DNA of 63,893 nt, filler included, from Hausera hauseri (GCA_046269625.1; 12 parts of 12 records of this genome joined end to end with filler, not necessarily neighbours in it), one strand, 5' to 3'. Counted from the whole stretch's first letter, positions 49,534 through 62,600 are shown. Notes: generated by a model not told the origin, from the sequence alone. Numbers and translations are program-made.

Positions 49534-50040
49534 TCAATTTTCAGTCCTGTCTTTTATAAAGGTTCCGAAGGCAATTGCTTTCACCAAAGCACAATGTTGA
49601 AAGTCTGGCGTATGACGAGGACAATTTGAAGGTGGACTGTTCAAACTGGTTATTTTAGGACAATTAAAGTCATTCAGGTTAAGTATTTTTCGGCCCGATA
49701 GCTTCTCTAAAAATTTTGCCTTTTCTAAGCCTTTCACGTAAATATCCTTATAAAAAGCAAACAAAAATGTTAATACAAGCGGTAAAGATAAGTAAGATAA
49801 TTCTCCACTTTCCCAAGGCAATCTGTGACAATGACGAATAAGCCAGGAATAGTTTCTTTTGCGTTTAGCGGACAGCTCTTCCCATGGGTACGGCGGAAGA
49901 AAGGTCCAGCGACCGTGATATTTATGATTCACGTCAAAAAAGGCAAGTTCTTTGATAATAAAAGTATGAGGTTGTACCTGAAAACCTTCAAATTCTACGA
50001 CGACAGCAGACATGTTGCTCGTTTCGCGAGAAAACATCAA
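49534..50040 (-). CDS. DEDD/DnaQ-like exonuclease-fold protein with a C-terminal Cys/His cluster
   Basis: VVVEFEGF...FIIKELA, PPYPW, H.LPWESG, IYVKGLEK..FL, CP...C..H.....HCA. Confidence 0.6.
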   Translation of the reverse strand: MMFSRETSNMSAVVVEFEGFQVQPHTFIIKELAFFDVNHKYHGRWTFLPPYPWEELSAKRKRNYSWLIRHCHRLPWESGELSYLSLPLVLTFLFAFYKDIYVKGLEKAKFLEKLSGRKILNLNDFNCPKITSLNSPPSNCPRHTPDFQHCALVKAIAFGTFIKDRTEN

Positions 50041-50044
50041 ATGG

Positions 50045-50437
50045 CTATCGAGGTTCGTACACGTAATGTTTATCTTCTGGAAAAATTCCTGTGCGCATGC
50101 GTAAACCTTCGTCTGTTTCAGGACGTAAATCTATCAGCAAGTAGCCATATGTAGGCGTCGTCGCGTTTTGAAATATTTCTTGAAAAGCTCTTGTTTTTCC
50201 TGGAAATATTTGTCTTGACAAATGCATTATTTGACTTTTGTCCCTAGGGTTTTTGTACAATACTAAATATTGCGTATTTAAGTGTATAGTTCGCATTTCT
50301 TTTCCTTGATGAAATAGATTTTGTACTATAAAAATAACAGAAATATTTCTGTGATGACTACCTTTCGTGAATAATTTGCTTAAACGCGTGTCTTCACCTA
50401 ATTCACTCATAAGATCATCCAGTATAATGAGTGCATC
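50045..50437 (-). CDS. DNA packaging ATPase, C-terminal part (5' end cut by the contig end)
   Basis: LIILDDLMSE (Walker B), FTKGSHHRNISVIFIVQNLF, KNPRD, YGYLLIDL, RMRTGIFP. Confidence 0.93.
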   Translation of the reverse strand, partial: DALIILDDLMSELGEDTRLSKLFTKGSHHRNISVIFIVQNLFHQGKEMRTIHLNTQYLVLYKNPRDKSQIMHLSRQIFPGKTRAFQEIFQNATTPTYGYLLIDLRPETDEGLRMRTGIFPEDKHYVYEPR

Positions 50438-51544
50438 NNNNNNNNNNNNNNNNNNNNNNNNNNNNNNNNNNNNNNNNNNNNTTAATTAATTAANNNNNNN
50501 NNNNNNNNNNNNNNNNNNNNNNNNNNNNNNNNNNNNNGTTATCAAATTTTCCTATCTAGTTACTCTAATTACGAACATTCCCCTACCCTTAAAGAAGTGT
50601 TGTACTGAAAAATTTAATCATAAAAGGGTTAGTTATTACACACCGATAATTAAAATAATAAAATAGAAATAGACTATCATACGTTAAAACAGCATAAATA
50701 AAAACTATTATGGTTGACAGACGATCATTTTAAGGTGACCTAGCGCCTTTCATCAGTATTTAGCAGTCTTATGCCATGGTGAACACAGGAGCATTAAATA
50801 CCATTGAAACTATGGTTGTCATGGTGAAACATGAATCACATGACCCAAACTTGAAGAGCAGGAAAGGATAAGAAGAAACATCCTAAAAAGTCGAGGAGTG
50901 GTAGGGAGAAGGCCGTGAACAATAATTGCCTCCAAATTAGAACTAGAAATATCATTGATAATGGTGTCAGAATTTTTAAAAATATGAAATGTCTCATAGA
51001 AGTCCAACTCATGATGAGATTTACAACGTTGAATAATTTTAGCGGAGGAAAAATAAAAAATATGACCATTTTAAAGAAGAACGAAGATCTCTTGTAATGA
51101 ATAACCAAATGTTGATAAATTGTATAAACAATTTTAAATTTCGCGCAAAATGTTTGTTAACAACCAAAGAATCTATATAATGACGTTTTTTAACTTTTTG
51201 AGAAACACATTGCAATCGATGATCGTTTCGGTGTACATCACGGAAATAATAATGATTTCGAAAAATAATCGGAAAGGTTTCCCCATAAATATGCCGTTTC
51301 TCGAACACCAGTTTGATAAACTTCTGATTGGTGCATTTTAACGCGGTTTTAAATATTTGGTGTAAAAATGAAAACATTCCTTGTTAAATATTGACGTAAC
51401 CTGCATAAAAATCCATCATTAGTAAGTGCGTCAAAACGTGTTCTGAAATATTGCCCAAAAGTGGAAAAGGATGTTTTGAGTAATGCAACGAATGATTTTT
51501 GGGTTTTGGCTAATTGCTGTTATCATCAAATGAGACATGTACAG

Positions 51545-51821
51545 CAGTGGTTTTCAACCGGCGTTCCCCCCCCCCCCAGTACACTCCAAGGGTTTCGCAA
51601 TTTCTAAATTTCTAAATTAGAACAACGAACAAATAAACAACATGTTAAATTCAATTTCGAAAATCTACTAAATCTAACATAATTAAGTTCGCTACATCAT
51701 TCATTTTAAAAAATAAATGCTGTTTTCTGCATAGGACAATTAAATTACTGCACAGTGATTCCTCGAGCAAGAGGAATATTTCCGTGGGGTTCCGCTCCAG
51801 CAAAAAGGTTGAAAACCACTA
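51545..51821. mobile_element. Non-autonomous hAT (Charlie-like) element
   Basis: TIRs CAGTGGTTTTCAACC / GGTTGAAAACCACTA; 8-bp TSD ATGTACAG / ATCTACAG. Confidence 0.85.
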
Positions 51822-52291
51822 ATCTACAGAATGCAATATTCTATTTACAGGTACAGGTGGCGAACTGACTCAGTGTTATTATAGCGTAAATCATGTTCAT
51901 AAAGGTTCTAGCAAGGAACTTGAGCGGTATATATATTTCTGTTGATGAGAATTAGTAACCATTTCTTCCATCTTTTTTATTCCTCTTTCTGCGACGATAT
52001 TTGTTCCTGGAATGTCAATCACTGATTGCTCTAAACTCCAATGTGTTTTGAGACAGGAAATGGCTGAATAAAACTAAAGACAAATAATAATAATAATAGT
52101 TTTAAATTGAATATGTTGTATTTTTATAACGCTGATCGTTTACCTCTGTCTTATTTAATGCTTCCAACAATTTCCTGAATGTCCTCTTAAAAATTTTGAT
52201 CACAAAACCAGTCTTGTTGCTTCATAAGAAATGAAATTAGCGGCCACTTCCAGCTTTTTTCTTTATGCAGGCCAACGAAAATAAGTAATAA

Positions 52292-52835
52292 TCACATAAT
52301 TAGCTCAGGAGTTCCATCTTGTCTTGTGTAAACTTGATAGCTTGTGTTACACAATGTGAGGGAATGCACCATGTTACTGAAAACAAGTGAAAGTTTATTT
52401 TCTGTAAAATATGAAAAAATACGATTTAGGAACATAATATACCGAGTAAACTTACCTTGAAGTACTGAAATGATTGGCAAAGTTTATTTCTTCATAATCT
52501 TTTTGCACTGTCTCAATAAAATCGTGATTAAGTATAGGTTTTGTTGATTTGTTAATCACAAAATCAAGTACGTGCTTTAAAATTCGACCTAAGATATGGT
52601 GCTGACAACCCATGTATTGCGGTTCTGGATAGCCTTTTTGAACAATTTCCCTTTTCAACTTTTGCACATTTCCGTGGTGTTTACCAGTATTCACTGAAGT
52701 TGTATCGCAAATAACCATTCTGATATTTTGTTAAGCAACCAAATCATTGATCAAAGATTTTTATTCATTGAAAATGTCTTTCGCGGAGCCACTGTTGCGT
52801 TTCAATATTCCTAGATGTATTCTCAATGCTTCATG
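52292..52835 (-). pseudogene. hAT-like transposase fragment
   Basis: LGILKRNSGSA..IF, ICDTTSVNTG, GCQHHIL. Confidence 0.6.
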
Positions 52836-52919
52836 TTAAAGTGTTACAACTTGGTATTTGGTTGTGAAATTTGCTTTCCCGCTTGAGCCCGGGTAACATT
52901 TATTTGCACGATCCAACTC

Positions 52920-54420
52920 ACACAATTGTTGTGGGAATTGTGAAAATTTGGCATAAAGCCAGCATTCCTGCAATAGATGAGCGAAACTGCATCACTAAAA
53001 TCGAGAAGCTTTTTGAAGAATGACGTTTGCTGAAGAAGCATGAAGGACGTCGAACAAAAACGCAAGAAGATAAAGAAGCTGCATTTATCGCCACCCTAGA
53101 CGATCTCTTTGTTATTGCTCACGCTGGTGCTCTTTCATTGATGACAGTTGCTGAAGACAAAGATTTCTTATTAGCTCAGCGTCGAAAGAGAAGACGAGGT
53201 TCGATGGTGGGTATGGTGCTATACTTGCTGCAAGAGGAGGGTAGCAGAGAGACAGGCGAAAATACAAGCAAGGCGTTTTAAAGCAGCCGAGCAAGAGGTT
53301 ACAGATAGTGAGCAAGCTGAGCTAGTGTCATTAGAAAGCAACTCAGACGAAGAAGAACATTACAGCAGTGAGTACAGGTTATAACATAGTGGATTGTGAT
53401 GGAACCACAGAAAGTTGCTTAGCGAATAAATCAGCAATAAGAAAGCGTGGCAGAAAACCTATTATCACAACAGAGCTGTCAACTGCATTAGACAGAAACA
53501 AGATGTCAGACCTTAATGCAACATATGTTCTTGCTGAAACAGCCAATAGCTTGGTCCATAACATTGAAGATCTTGCTCTGAATCGTGACACAATACGCAG
53601 ACAAAGAATGAAACTAAGAGCACAAAAGTCTGCATATTTAAAGCAATAGTTTGTATGTGCTGTACCGCTAGTTTTTTCACTGGGATGGTAAATTAATACC
53701 GGATCTGAGAGGAAAAGAACAGACTAACCGACTTCCGGTAATTGTTTTAGGAAGAGGAGTTTCCAAATTGCTAAACGTTGCCAGACTACCGGCAGGAACA
53801 GGTGAGGCTTAAGCTGAAGCTGTGTGCAAGACAGTAAAGGACTGGGGAATCAATGGTAGAATTTGAGCAATATTCTTTGATACTACACGCTCTAATACGA
53901 GCAGAATTACTGGTGCCTGCACAATGTTAGAACAAAAGCTTGGTAGAGAATTGCCATCACTGGCATGCACGCACCACATTATGGAACTCATCATCAGTGC
54001 CGCATTTCAAGTTTTCTTTGGTACTGCTACATCATCTCCTGAAATTTCCCTCTTCAAACGCTTCAAGGAGTACTGAAGGTCTATTGATGCCAAAAACTAC
54101 GAAACAGGAATGGAAAATGTTGAAGTTTCCAATAATGTGAAGGATGTCAGAGAGAGCATTATCGATTTCACAAATAAGCATTTAGAAGATAATCAGCCGA
54201 GAGATGATTACAGAGAAACTTTAGAACTGGCTATTGTCTTTCTTGGAGCAGTTCCAGTGAGGAACCTGGAGCGATGCATCATACTCGCGGGATGTCAAAA
54301 ATCATATACAGCCTGATGATCTGGATGTTTCGAAAGCAGTTTATTTGGACACTAAGAGAAGAGAAAAGTCTGCAGGAATTTTGCATTTTCTCTATACGTA
54401 TTTATTTGAGAGCATGAATA
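52920..54420 (+). pseudogene. hATm-like transposase, decayed; same family as 19880-21163
   Basis: IWHKASIP, LDDLFVIAH, EDKDFLLAQR, HWDGKLIPDLRG, GTGEA, FDTTRSNT, LACTHHIMEL, QPRDDYRE. Confidence 0.8.
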
Positions 54421-54691
54421 ACTCCTGACAGAAATGGCAGTGGGAATAACTTTTTATAGTTTAGGCTTGGCAGCGAATGGGTTAAGTTATAACACTCAAT
54501 GTCAAATCTGATTTATCGATTTTTATTTTTATTCAAAGTACGTTAAATAAGACAATTTAGAAAATGGATTTATGCAAGAACCTACAAAATTNNNNNNNNN
54601 NNNNNNNNNNNNNNNNNNNNNNNNNNNNNNNNNNNTTAATTAATTAANNNNNNNNNNNNNNNNNNNNNNNNNNNNNNNNNNNNNNNNNNNN

Positions 54692-57600
54692 ATCCAATAC
54701 AAATGATTATTCATTACCAAGCAAAATATCGGATTCCTTGAATTATTGGGATAACAATTCCCTCGTTAGATTTTGTAATGACTGGATTTTGTCAGTGTCT
54801 GTTAACTGCATTATTGGCTGGCAATACAGCAATACGAAAAAGGTAAAAATTTCTAATGTTTATTTTCGTTGATTTAACAACATAGAATGTCATTTCTCAT
54901 TGCTATGAATATTTCCTACCATCATCCGGATTAGATTATCATAGCAATCAAGCATTAATTTTGTTTGATGAAAACAGCAGTGCATTATCGTCTGTTATTG
55001 TTGGCAATGATGGAATCATGAGATTCTGGCCCAGTGCCACTTTAACAAATGAATACATCGATCAGCGCATTCCGAATATATCCAATGACATCTGTCTAAT
55101 CGTGGAACAGATTGACGAATGTCGATTTGTTTGCATTTTCCGGAATAACAAAATTGTTGTTGCTGACGCATCCGATTATGGCAATGTTGGAATTGCCTTC
55201 AAATCGTATTCACGGCCGGGAGGAATTTTTAGTGGAATTAGTCGATGTTTCTCATTGCTTACCGGCGGTTTAACGCAAATTTCGGTAAGTATATTTTCTA
55301 TTATTAGTAGGATTTTTTTCTAAAATATTTTAATTCAATTACATTTACATTTGAATGAATTGAGCACTATTGCTGTTTCATAAACGTGATTTTTTTCAGA
55401 ATTTTCGAAATATAAAAATCAATCAGTCCGAAGAACCCTCTATGTTTTTACTGATTGACAATGAAATTGACTGGTTACGTTTGGATATTCTCTACAATGC
55501 TAACGTACGATATTCATTGCAACATTCCTCACGTTTATAATCCGTTTAGTATCAGAGAGGTATTTTAAAGCACGACATCTTGAAACAGTGTTTTCTACAA
55601 CAACTACGTCTGTTGTCAAATTTCGAATTGGCTGATTTCAAATTGGAATTTGTCAATTTTGATTTATATGGCAATATTCTTTATGTTATCGTGAAGATCG
55701 TTTCCAAAGACGAATTTTTCCACAGTCTGGGTAAACTGATTTTTATTTGCACATTGTCTGTTATGAACACCGATCAGTAACGTACAATCTGCGAATGGAG
55801 AACATTGACAATGTGGCCGTTGTGAAAATTCCCACCGATAACGATACCGAAATTCGAGTGGTATCCAATGACGGCACGAATGAAGACGATCCCTGTCTTC
55901 TGGCGTTGATTAAAACCCGACATAGCGTTTATATTGTCGAAGGTTTTCCTATTGTGTAAATCCGAAATCAACGGCATTGTATTTCAGTACTTTCCGGTGA
56001 AATCAAAAGCCACCTGAACACCGTCGACTGCCTAAAATCGACACTGCGTGTCAATTCCGATAAGGCTATTTTAGCGTGGCAATTTCCGAAATTACGACAC
56101 GATCCCAGTACGATTCTTATTGTGTTGACGGCAACGAAGCAGTTGGTGACGGTCCGACATTCGTTGAATGGAACGAATGGATCGTTGATGCAGAAAACTC
56201 GTGCTGATAATGATGGTGAAGGGTCGAATGTCAGTATTACAGAACTGAACGGCAGGTAATGTCCATTAACTATCCGAAAAATCTGTTGGTCCGTCTGATT
56301 TACGACAAGTTTCTAAAAATAGCAACGAATATCGATCAGCCAATGAAATTTCAGCATTGATTTTAAGCAATCACAAACACACAGACACTGCATTTGTGGA
56401 TAAATTCGAGTTATTAGCTAACAATAAATGAAAATAATGGATATATCCTGTCGTATTATTCAAGATAAGCAAGAAAATTGGTACTTATTCACATACTGGT
56501 TTCAGTTAGAGATGGTCATAGCAAGGGTACTGACGAATCATATACTTCACTTAAATTATGAACTGAATGCTGAACAACGCATATTGATAATGTTTTAATG
56601 GTATTTAAATTGTAAAAATATTGACCAGATGTCAAATATTCGATTGGATGGGGTTAATGAACAAGTGCCGAACATCACGCCCTTTCTATAAATCTGGGGT
56701 TTTAGTATAACAAATAGTCAAAGAGACGTGCAAAATATGAAAAGGAAAACGTTTTTCCAGCCAATCGAAAATATGGTCTTATTCGGCACTTGTTCAAAAT
56801 CTGCCTTCTCGACATTTGGAAATTCATTTCTCGAGCTTTCTTTTTTATTCATCAAGTTTGATGTTCTGTTGTGTCTTCTCTTTTGAATAAATTTTGCTTA
56901 TTTTATAAATGGGAATGTTGAACAAGTGCCGAACATTACCCATTTCTCAAAAATCGACGTTTTTGTCCAATAAACTAAAAATAATGCTTTTAAATGTAAC
57001 ATCATTTCGGCACTTTTTCAAAATCCTCCCCCGAAACGTTTTGGAAATTGAAGGGGGAGCTAATAAAACTGAATCTTTTCGGCATTTGTTCAAGATTCTC
57101 TCCCTCCCCCACGACGTTTTCTGTTATTTTGGGAGGCTAACAAGTACTGACTTTGTAAATCGGCACTTGTTTAAGATCCCCCACGACATTTTCTGCTATG
57201 TTGGGAGGGTAACAAGTAGTCACTTTGTAAATCGGCACTTGTTCAAGATCCCCCACGACGTTTTCTGCTATGTTGGGAGGGTAACAAGTACTGACTTTGT
57301 AAATCGGCACTTGTTCAAGTTCGCCTTCACCGTTACTCAATTTCAGAATCAATTTCATTTCAGCGTTAGTCGAAGACGTAATGTTACATTTGAGGGTGAC
57401 ACCGAACAATCCCGTATCAATCCGATTGCTCTGTCAACCCCAAAAGTTAAATCCGATCAAAAAGGCGACCGAGTCAAAGAGAAAATTAGTCCTTCGAAAG
57501 CTGACGTCGACATGAACATCAGTAAAATATCCCAGAGCATACTGGATCAAATGAGCCAATCCGGTGCCTTTGGGCAGTTTAAAAAGTGTATCGTTCTGTA

Positions 57601-58800
57601 CTGGCTGGGATATAAAGTAAAAATTGCCCCGTTGTTCTATGCGCAAAATTACGACAATCGTTACTAGAATCAATCGAGTCGCCTTTTGCAACCGTTACTC
57701 GATCAGGCCAAATCGGATGTTCATCTGTCTATCGCGGTATTTTGCTTACGCATCCTGCGCGAAATCATCGATGAATATCCAAGTAAAGATCCTCGATGGT
57801 GTAGAAATATTGTCGACACGGAATTTTGTTATTCGAATAAATCTCTCATTCTCCATCAGCAATTGAACGATAAAAAAGAAGCAATTGAGCTGTTGTTGCA
57901 ATTTCTCCAAGAGAACAAAATCAACGTGTTTGACCCGGTTCATAATGTGGCACCGATGACCGTATCACAATGTCTGTTTTTGGATACGAGAGAATCGAAT
58001 ATACAGTTGTTCGGTGATGCTACCGTTACGTGGTCACTTGGTACGGTGATTTGTTTTGGTGGGGAATTGTTGGAGTTTGCCAAAATGCTGAACGACGTGC
58101 TGACTACGTGAGTTGTTTGTACTGTTGTCCGATGAGTTGATGCGAAATTGCGGATTATCTAGTTATCCCAGTGACGAGTTGAATGACATTATCAGTCGAT
58201 GTTGTCAACATGTTTTACTGTTACAAAAGAAACTCAGCCCACAAGAAGTTCTGTGTCAAGAAGTGTCTCTCATTCCCAGATTCATCAATTTGTGCAGTGA
58301 ATACTTATCAGAACGACGACAGAGTGTTGACGAACAGAATGACGAGAATGTTGACGAACTTTGCCGAACGATGTCGAAACTCATTGCCGGATGTATTCGA
58401 GCTTCGTTAGCCTATCGTCGTCGACGATTTGACAACGGCACTTTTGGTTTGTTGACGGTTGCCGGTTGTTGGATTACCGGCGAACAACCGATTGGTATTG
58501 CGGATTCCATTGTTCGTATTGTACGATTGTTTTGCTGTCTGTCCCATGTTCGTTATTGTCGCTCTTTTAGTTCCATTGCCTTGTTGACTATTCTCGTTCG
58601 TTTGCCGATCATCAATTGCTCGACGGTGCTTACAATTTGGCTGTTGTGTTTCTGGATTGCTTTAAATTCCAATCGGAATGGATGGAGAGATTTAGTAATA
58701 ACCAGAATGAACTTCGGGCGATTGACGAGAGATTTGCTGATATTCGTTTTAGTTTTATTGAGAAATTCGGTAATGATTGGCAATTTGATGGATTGGTTTA
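54692..58800 (+). CDS. NUP133: Nucleoporin Nup133, partial and multi-exon (54692-54842, 54886-55284, 55400-55504, 55550-55730, 55778-55942, 55988-56255, 57364-57616, 57668-58107, 58163-58520, 58571-about 58800)
   Basis: CYEYFLPSSGLDY, DGIMRFWPS, GIFSGISR, IIDEYPSKDPRW...SLILHQQLNDKKEA..LLLQFL match recalled Nup133 blocks; GT-AG introns. Confidence 0.85.
56655..57320. repeat. Intronic fold-back and tandem repeat with CGGCACTTGTTCAA core, including about 3 x 72-bp units
   Basis: The core occurs in both orientations at about 56660, 56784, 56920 and 57008; 72-bp period at 57139, 57211 and 57283. Confidence 0.85.
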
Positions 58801-58848
58801 TGTTTGCTAACTCTAACCAAATTCGCTTTACCAAGGAGATTGGCAGTA

Positions 58849-59111
58849 TTTCGGCACTTGTTCAAAAATCCCTCAACGTAGCGGGGGGATTTTAAATAAG
58901 TGCCAAAATACTGTCACATTTAAAAACAGAACTAAGGTTTTAAATGTGACGGAATTTCGGCACTTGTTGAAAAATCCTTCAACGTAGCGGGGGGATTTTA
59001 AATAAGTGCCAAAATACTGTCACATTTAAAAACCGAACTAAGGTTTTAAATGTGACGGAATTTCGGCACTTGTTGAAAAATCCTTCAACGTAGCGGGGGG
59101 ATTTTAAATAA
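58849..59111. repeat. About 2.5 x 106-bp tandem repeat, each unit with two hairpins and the same core
   Basis: CGGCACTTGTT at 58852, 58958 and 59064; GTCACATTTAAAA...TTTTAAATGTGAC stem. Confidence 0.88.
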
Positions 59112-59611
59112 NNNNNNNNNNNNNNNNNNNNNNNNNNNNNNNNNNNNNNNNNNNNTTAATTAATTAANNNNNNNNNNNNNNNNNNNNNNNNNNNNNNNNN
59201 NNNNNNNNNNNATCTGAATTGAAGAATGCATATGGCCGTGGCTACATCTCTTTTCAAATTCCGGTTATTAAGTTGCCCACCCAATATATAACGAATTACA
59301 TTCGGCATGTAAATTTTCAATCAAATCCATACTCATTTTATACTACCTCGTTTAACATGTGCCCGTTGGTACTCATCTCATTATCACTATCAATAAAATT
59401 CACCGCATGCCATATTCTATCAAATATCCATGGAAATACAAATAAGACGCCAATTTCTGAACTGAATCCACACCAACGCATAAGTATCACACATACTTTG
59501 ATTCAAAAATTGGCTAATTTTGTCTAAAATAACATACTATATTGCATCATTGCGGTCAATTGCACATACACTTCATTTCTTATATAAACCATGATCGGCC
59601 AATTTTGCCAG

Positions 59612-62600
59612 TATGGACAGGAATTCAACGAATTTACTATCTGTCATGGAATGCCCGACGAAAACTGTCCAAATCCTGGCCACTTGTCATTCATTAACAC
59701 AAATGGAAAATGAACTGATAGGTGACCCATTAGAAAAGGCCATATTAGAATCGGCTAAATGGACTTTGTCGAAATCTGATGTCGTATTTCCAAGTCCGGT
59801 GTTCAAGACCCACCCATTGAAAATTTACTACCGGTTCCATTTCAGTAGCTACCTCCAACGAATGTCTGTCATATCTGGACACAATAAAATTGGTACATCC
59901 GATGTGTCGTATATTGCTGCTGTGAAAGGGGCACCAGAAGTATTAAAGGACATGTTCATTGACGCACCAAAAGATTACGATCAAATTTATCTGGACTTGT
60001 CTCGGAGAGGAGCCCGAGTTCTAGCTCTTGGTCACAAAGACCTTGGAATACTGTCTCATCAGAATGTTCGAGACCTGAAACGAGAAGAAGTGGAAAGTGA
60101 ACTGACATTCTGTGGATTTGTCGTTATTTCTTGTCCATTAAAAAGAGATACAAAAGCAGTCATTAAAGAAATTTTACATTCGAGCCACTACGTCACAATG
60201 ATCACTGGTGACAATCCATTAACTGCATGTCACGTTAGTCGTGAACTGAAATTGCTGCGCAAGGAGAAGACGCTAATTCTGACGAAACCGAACAGTTTCA
60301 GTAAGACATAATAATGAATATACCTAATGAAACTGTACCAGGTAATGCCTGGCATTGGCAGTCCATTGACAATACAACTATTCTACCGTGGAAAATGAAT
60401 ATCAAGGAGGTCTGTCTAACATTCGATCTGTGTTTGACCGGTGACGGAATAAAATATTTGGAAAGTATTGATCAAAAGTTCCTCAAAAGTATTTTGGCTC
60501 TCGTGCGTGTCTACGCCCGGGTAGCCCCTAAACAGAAAGAACAAGTCGTTACTGGTCTGAAAGAGTTGGGATATGTCACATTGATGTGCGGTGATGGTAC
60601 GAATGATGTTGGGGCATTGAAACAGGCTCATGTTGGTACGTTTTTGATTTATGATCTTTTACTATTTTTCAAAAGTTTTTATCATTATTCATGTAAATAC
60701 TATTACAGACTCCAGTTGTGTATTGGACCATAAGGACTTTAGTATGGCGATGAATTTCATTTACTTGACACATTTGCAGATGAATTATAATTTTGTATTG
60801 GTCATTGAGGAATTTACAGACGTTTTTATAAAATTTTAATGAGAACCTAACATATTCTATGTAGTATATATAGTTAAATTGATTGTGTCAAGGGAAATTG
60901 AATAATTATAAAATGACATAATGTTTATGTTATGATTAATACAGACTGTGTTGTTGAAGAAGCTGTGTGTTGTGCATAGTATTTCACAAACGGATTTCAT
61001 TTACAGGCGTAGCACTGTTAGCCAATGCACCAGAACCGAGCGCTGTATATGACAACAGTATTGATAATCACAAGAAAGACACGGTTGAGGATTCATCAGA
61101 CAAGAGCAAATTGAACAAAAAGATGAGTAATAACGTCAGTAGCAGGGCATTGAAATTGTCCGCCAACCAAACAAATCGCACCAAACATCAACCGACTAAC
61201 AATCCACCGAATGCTACGAGTAAATCGACTTTACTTTCTTCATTTCAAAACAGTGGACATTTCAAATCTACAAATCAAAAACTCAATTCACTTATTAATG
61301 ATTTGGAAACGGAAGAGAAGGCTCAAGTCGTTCGACTGGGCGATGCGAGTATTGCTGCACCATTCACTGTCAAAATGTCATCAATTAGAGGAGGTAACAC
61401 AATTTCCGTTGGAAAAGTAACCGTTCCATGATTCATGATTATTTCAGTCAGCCACATTATCAAACAGGGTCGATGTACCCTTGTTACGACATTGCAAATG
61501 TTTAAAATTCTGGCACTCAATGCTCTGATTCTGGCATACAGTCAGTCGGTTTTGTATCTTGATGGGGTGAAATTTTCTGACGCCCAAGCGACGATTCAGG
61601 CTCTGCTTTTGGCCGGGTGTTTTTTGTTTATTTCAAGGAGCAAGGTAATGAATGGATCATTATGATTATTGGGTGAGGAGAGTGTGGGAGGGGGGGCGGA
61701 TTTGTAGAAATTTGATCCCCATCATTAGTCATATTGCTGTAGTTATATTTAAATTATTTCCCAAATTTCAGCCACTGAAGGAGTTATCCAAACAACGACC
61801 GTTAGCCAATATATTCAATGCCTACACATTACTAACTGTCATGTCTCAATTTGCTGTGCATTTCTATTCCCTCTACACTTTATCTGATGCTGCCCATAAG
61901 TACATGCCCAGGTAAATTCTGTTCCTTTATCATCATACATTCATACATATATATATATATTCACCATATTTATTGTTAAATTTGAATTTCAAACGCGCGC
62001 GCGCACACACACAGATATGACGCATACAATTACCAAACCACTTGTACTTCATGGATTCGAAACGCTTTTAAAAATTAAAATTTCGCACAAAAACCTTTTA
62101 AATCCATGCAGTACATGTGCCTGTGTGTATCACCTTTTGTAACTGTATGCTTCCGATTTCCCCTCCCCCCTATTAACCGTGTATGTGTGTATCAGTTTCT
62201 CTTACCGATGACTCATCTGCAAACCACATTTATCAACTGTTATATTTCTTTTGGATGACCGACAGACTCTTTAGTAAAAAGGAATGCTGGAGAATTGTGA
62301 CAAACCAAAATTTTTTCTCATTGTCATATTTTTATGAATGTTTTGCGGCAAATTTTCAGTCAATTTCAAAAGATCTGGTAGAACACTTTATCGGTCCATA
62401 AACGATATATAAAATTTCGAATATTTTCGAGTCGACTAACACAATGTGAAGAAATCAATAACCAAATTGTTGCTCGAGAATCCAAATTGTAAACATTGTG
62501 GCCTATTATAGAAGGATTGTTATTGCAATAGAAATTATTGTTGACAAATTAAATTGATAATAATGGAAAATTATTTGTACATAACGAAATGTTAATCTGT

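Larger units (their letters stand above)
43439..50437. mobile_element. Maverick/Polinton (adintovirus-like) internal segment with intact ORFs
   Basis: Integrase, minor capsid, PM, major capsid and protease on +, converging on ATPase, an exonuclease-like ORF, PW and PZ on -. Intronless and tightly packed. Confidence 0.96.

Noticed and set aside
38643-50437. Joining the pPolB contig and the capsid contig into one complete Maverick
   Set aside because: They are separated by an artificial spacer, and the pPolB is heavily decayed while the capsid module is intact.
54464-54485. piggyBac-like end (..GCGAATGGG-TTAA)
   Set aside because: No matching second terminus or transposase on the contig.
56909-57667. 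252-aa ORF with 24-aa repeats as a novel protein
   Set aside because: It is read-through of a 72-bp intronic tandem repeat into a NUP133 exon (57364-57616).
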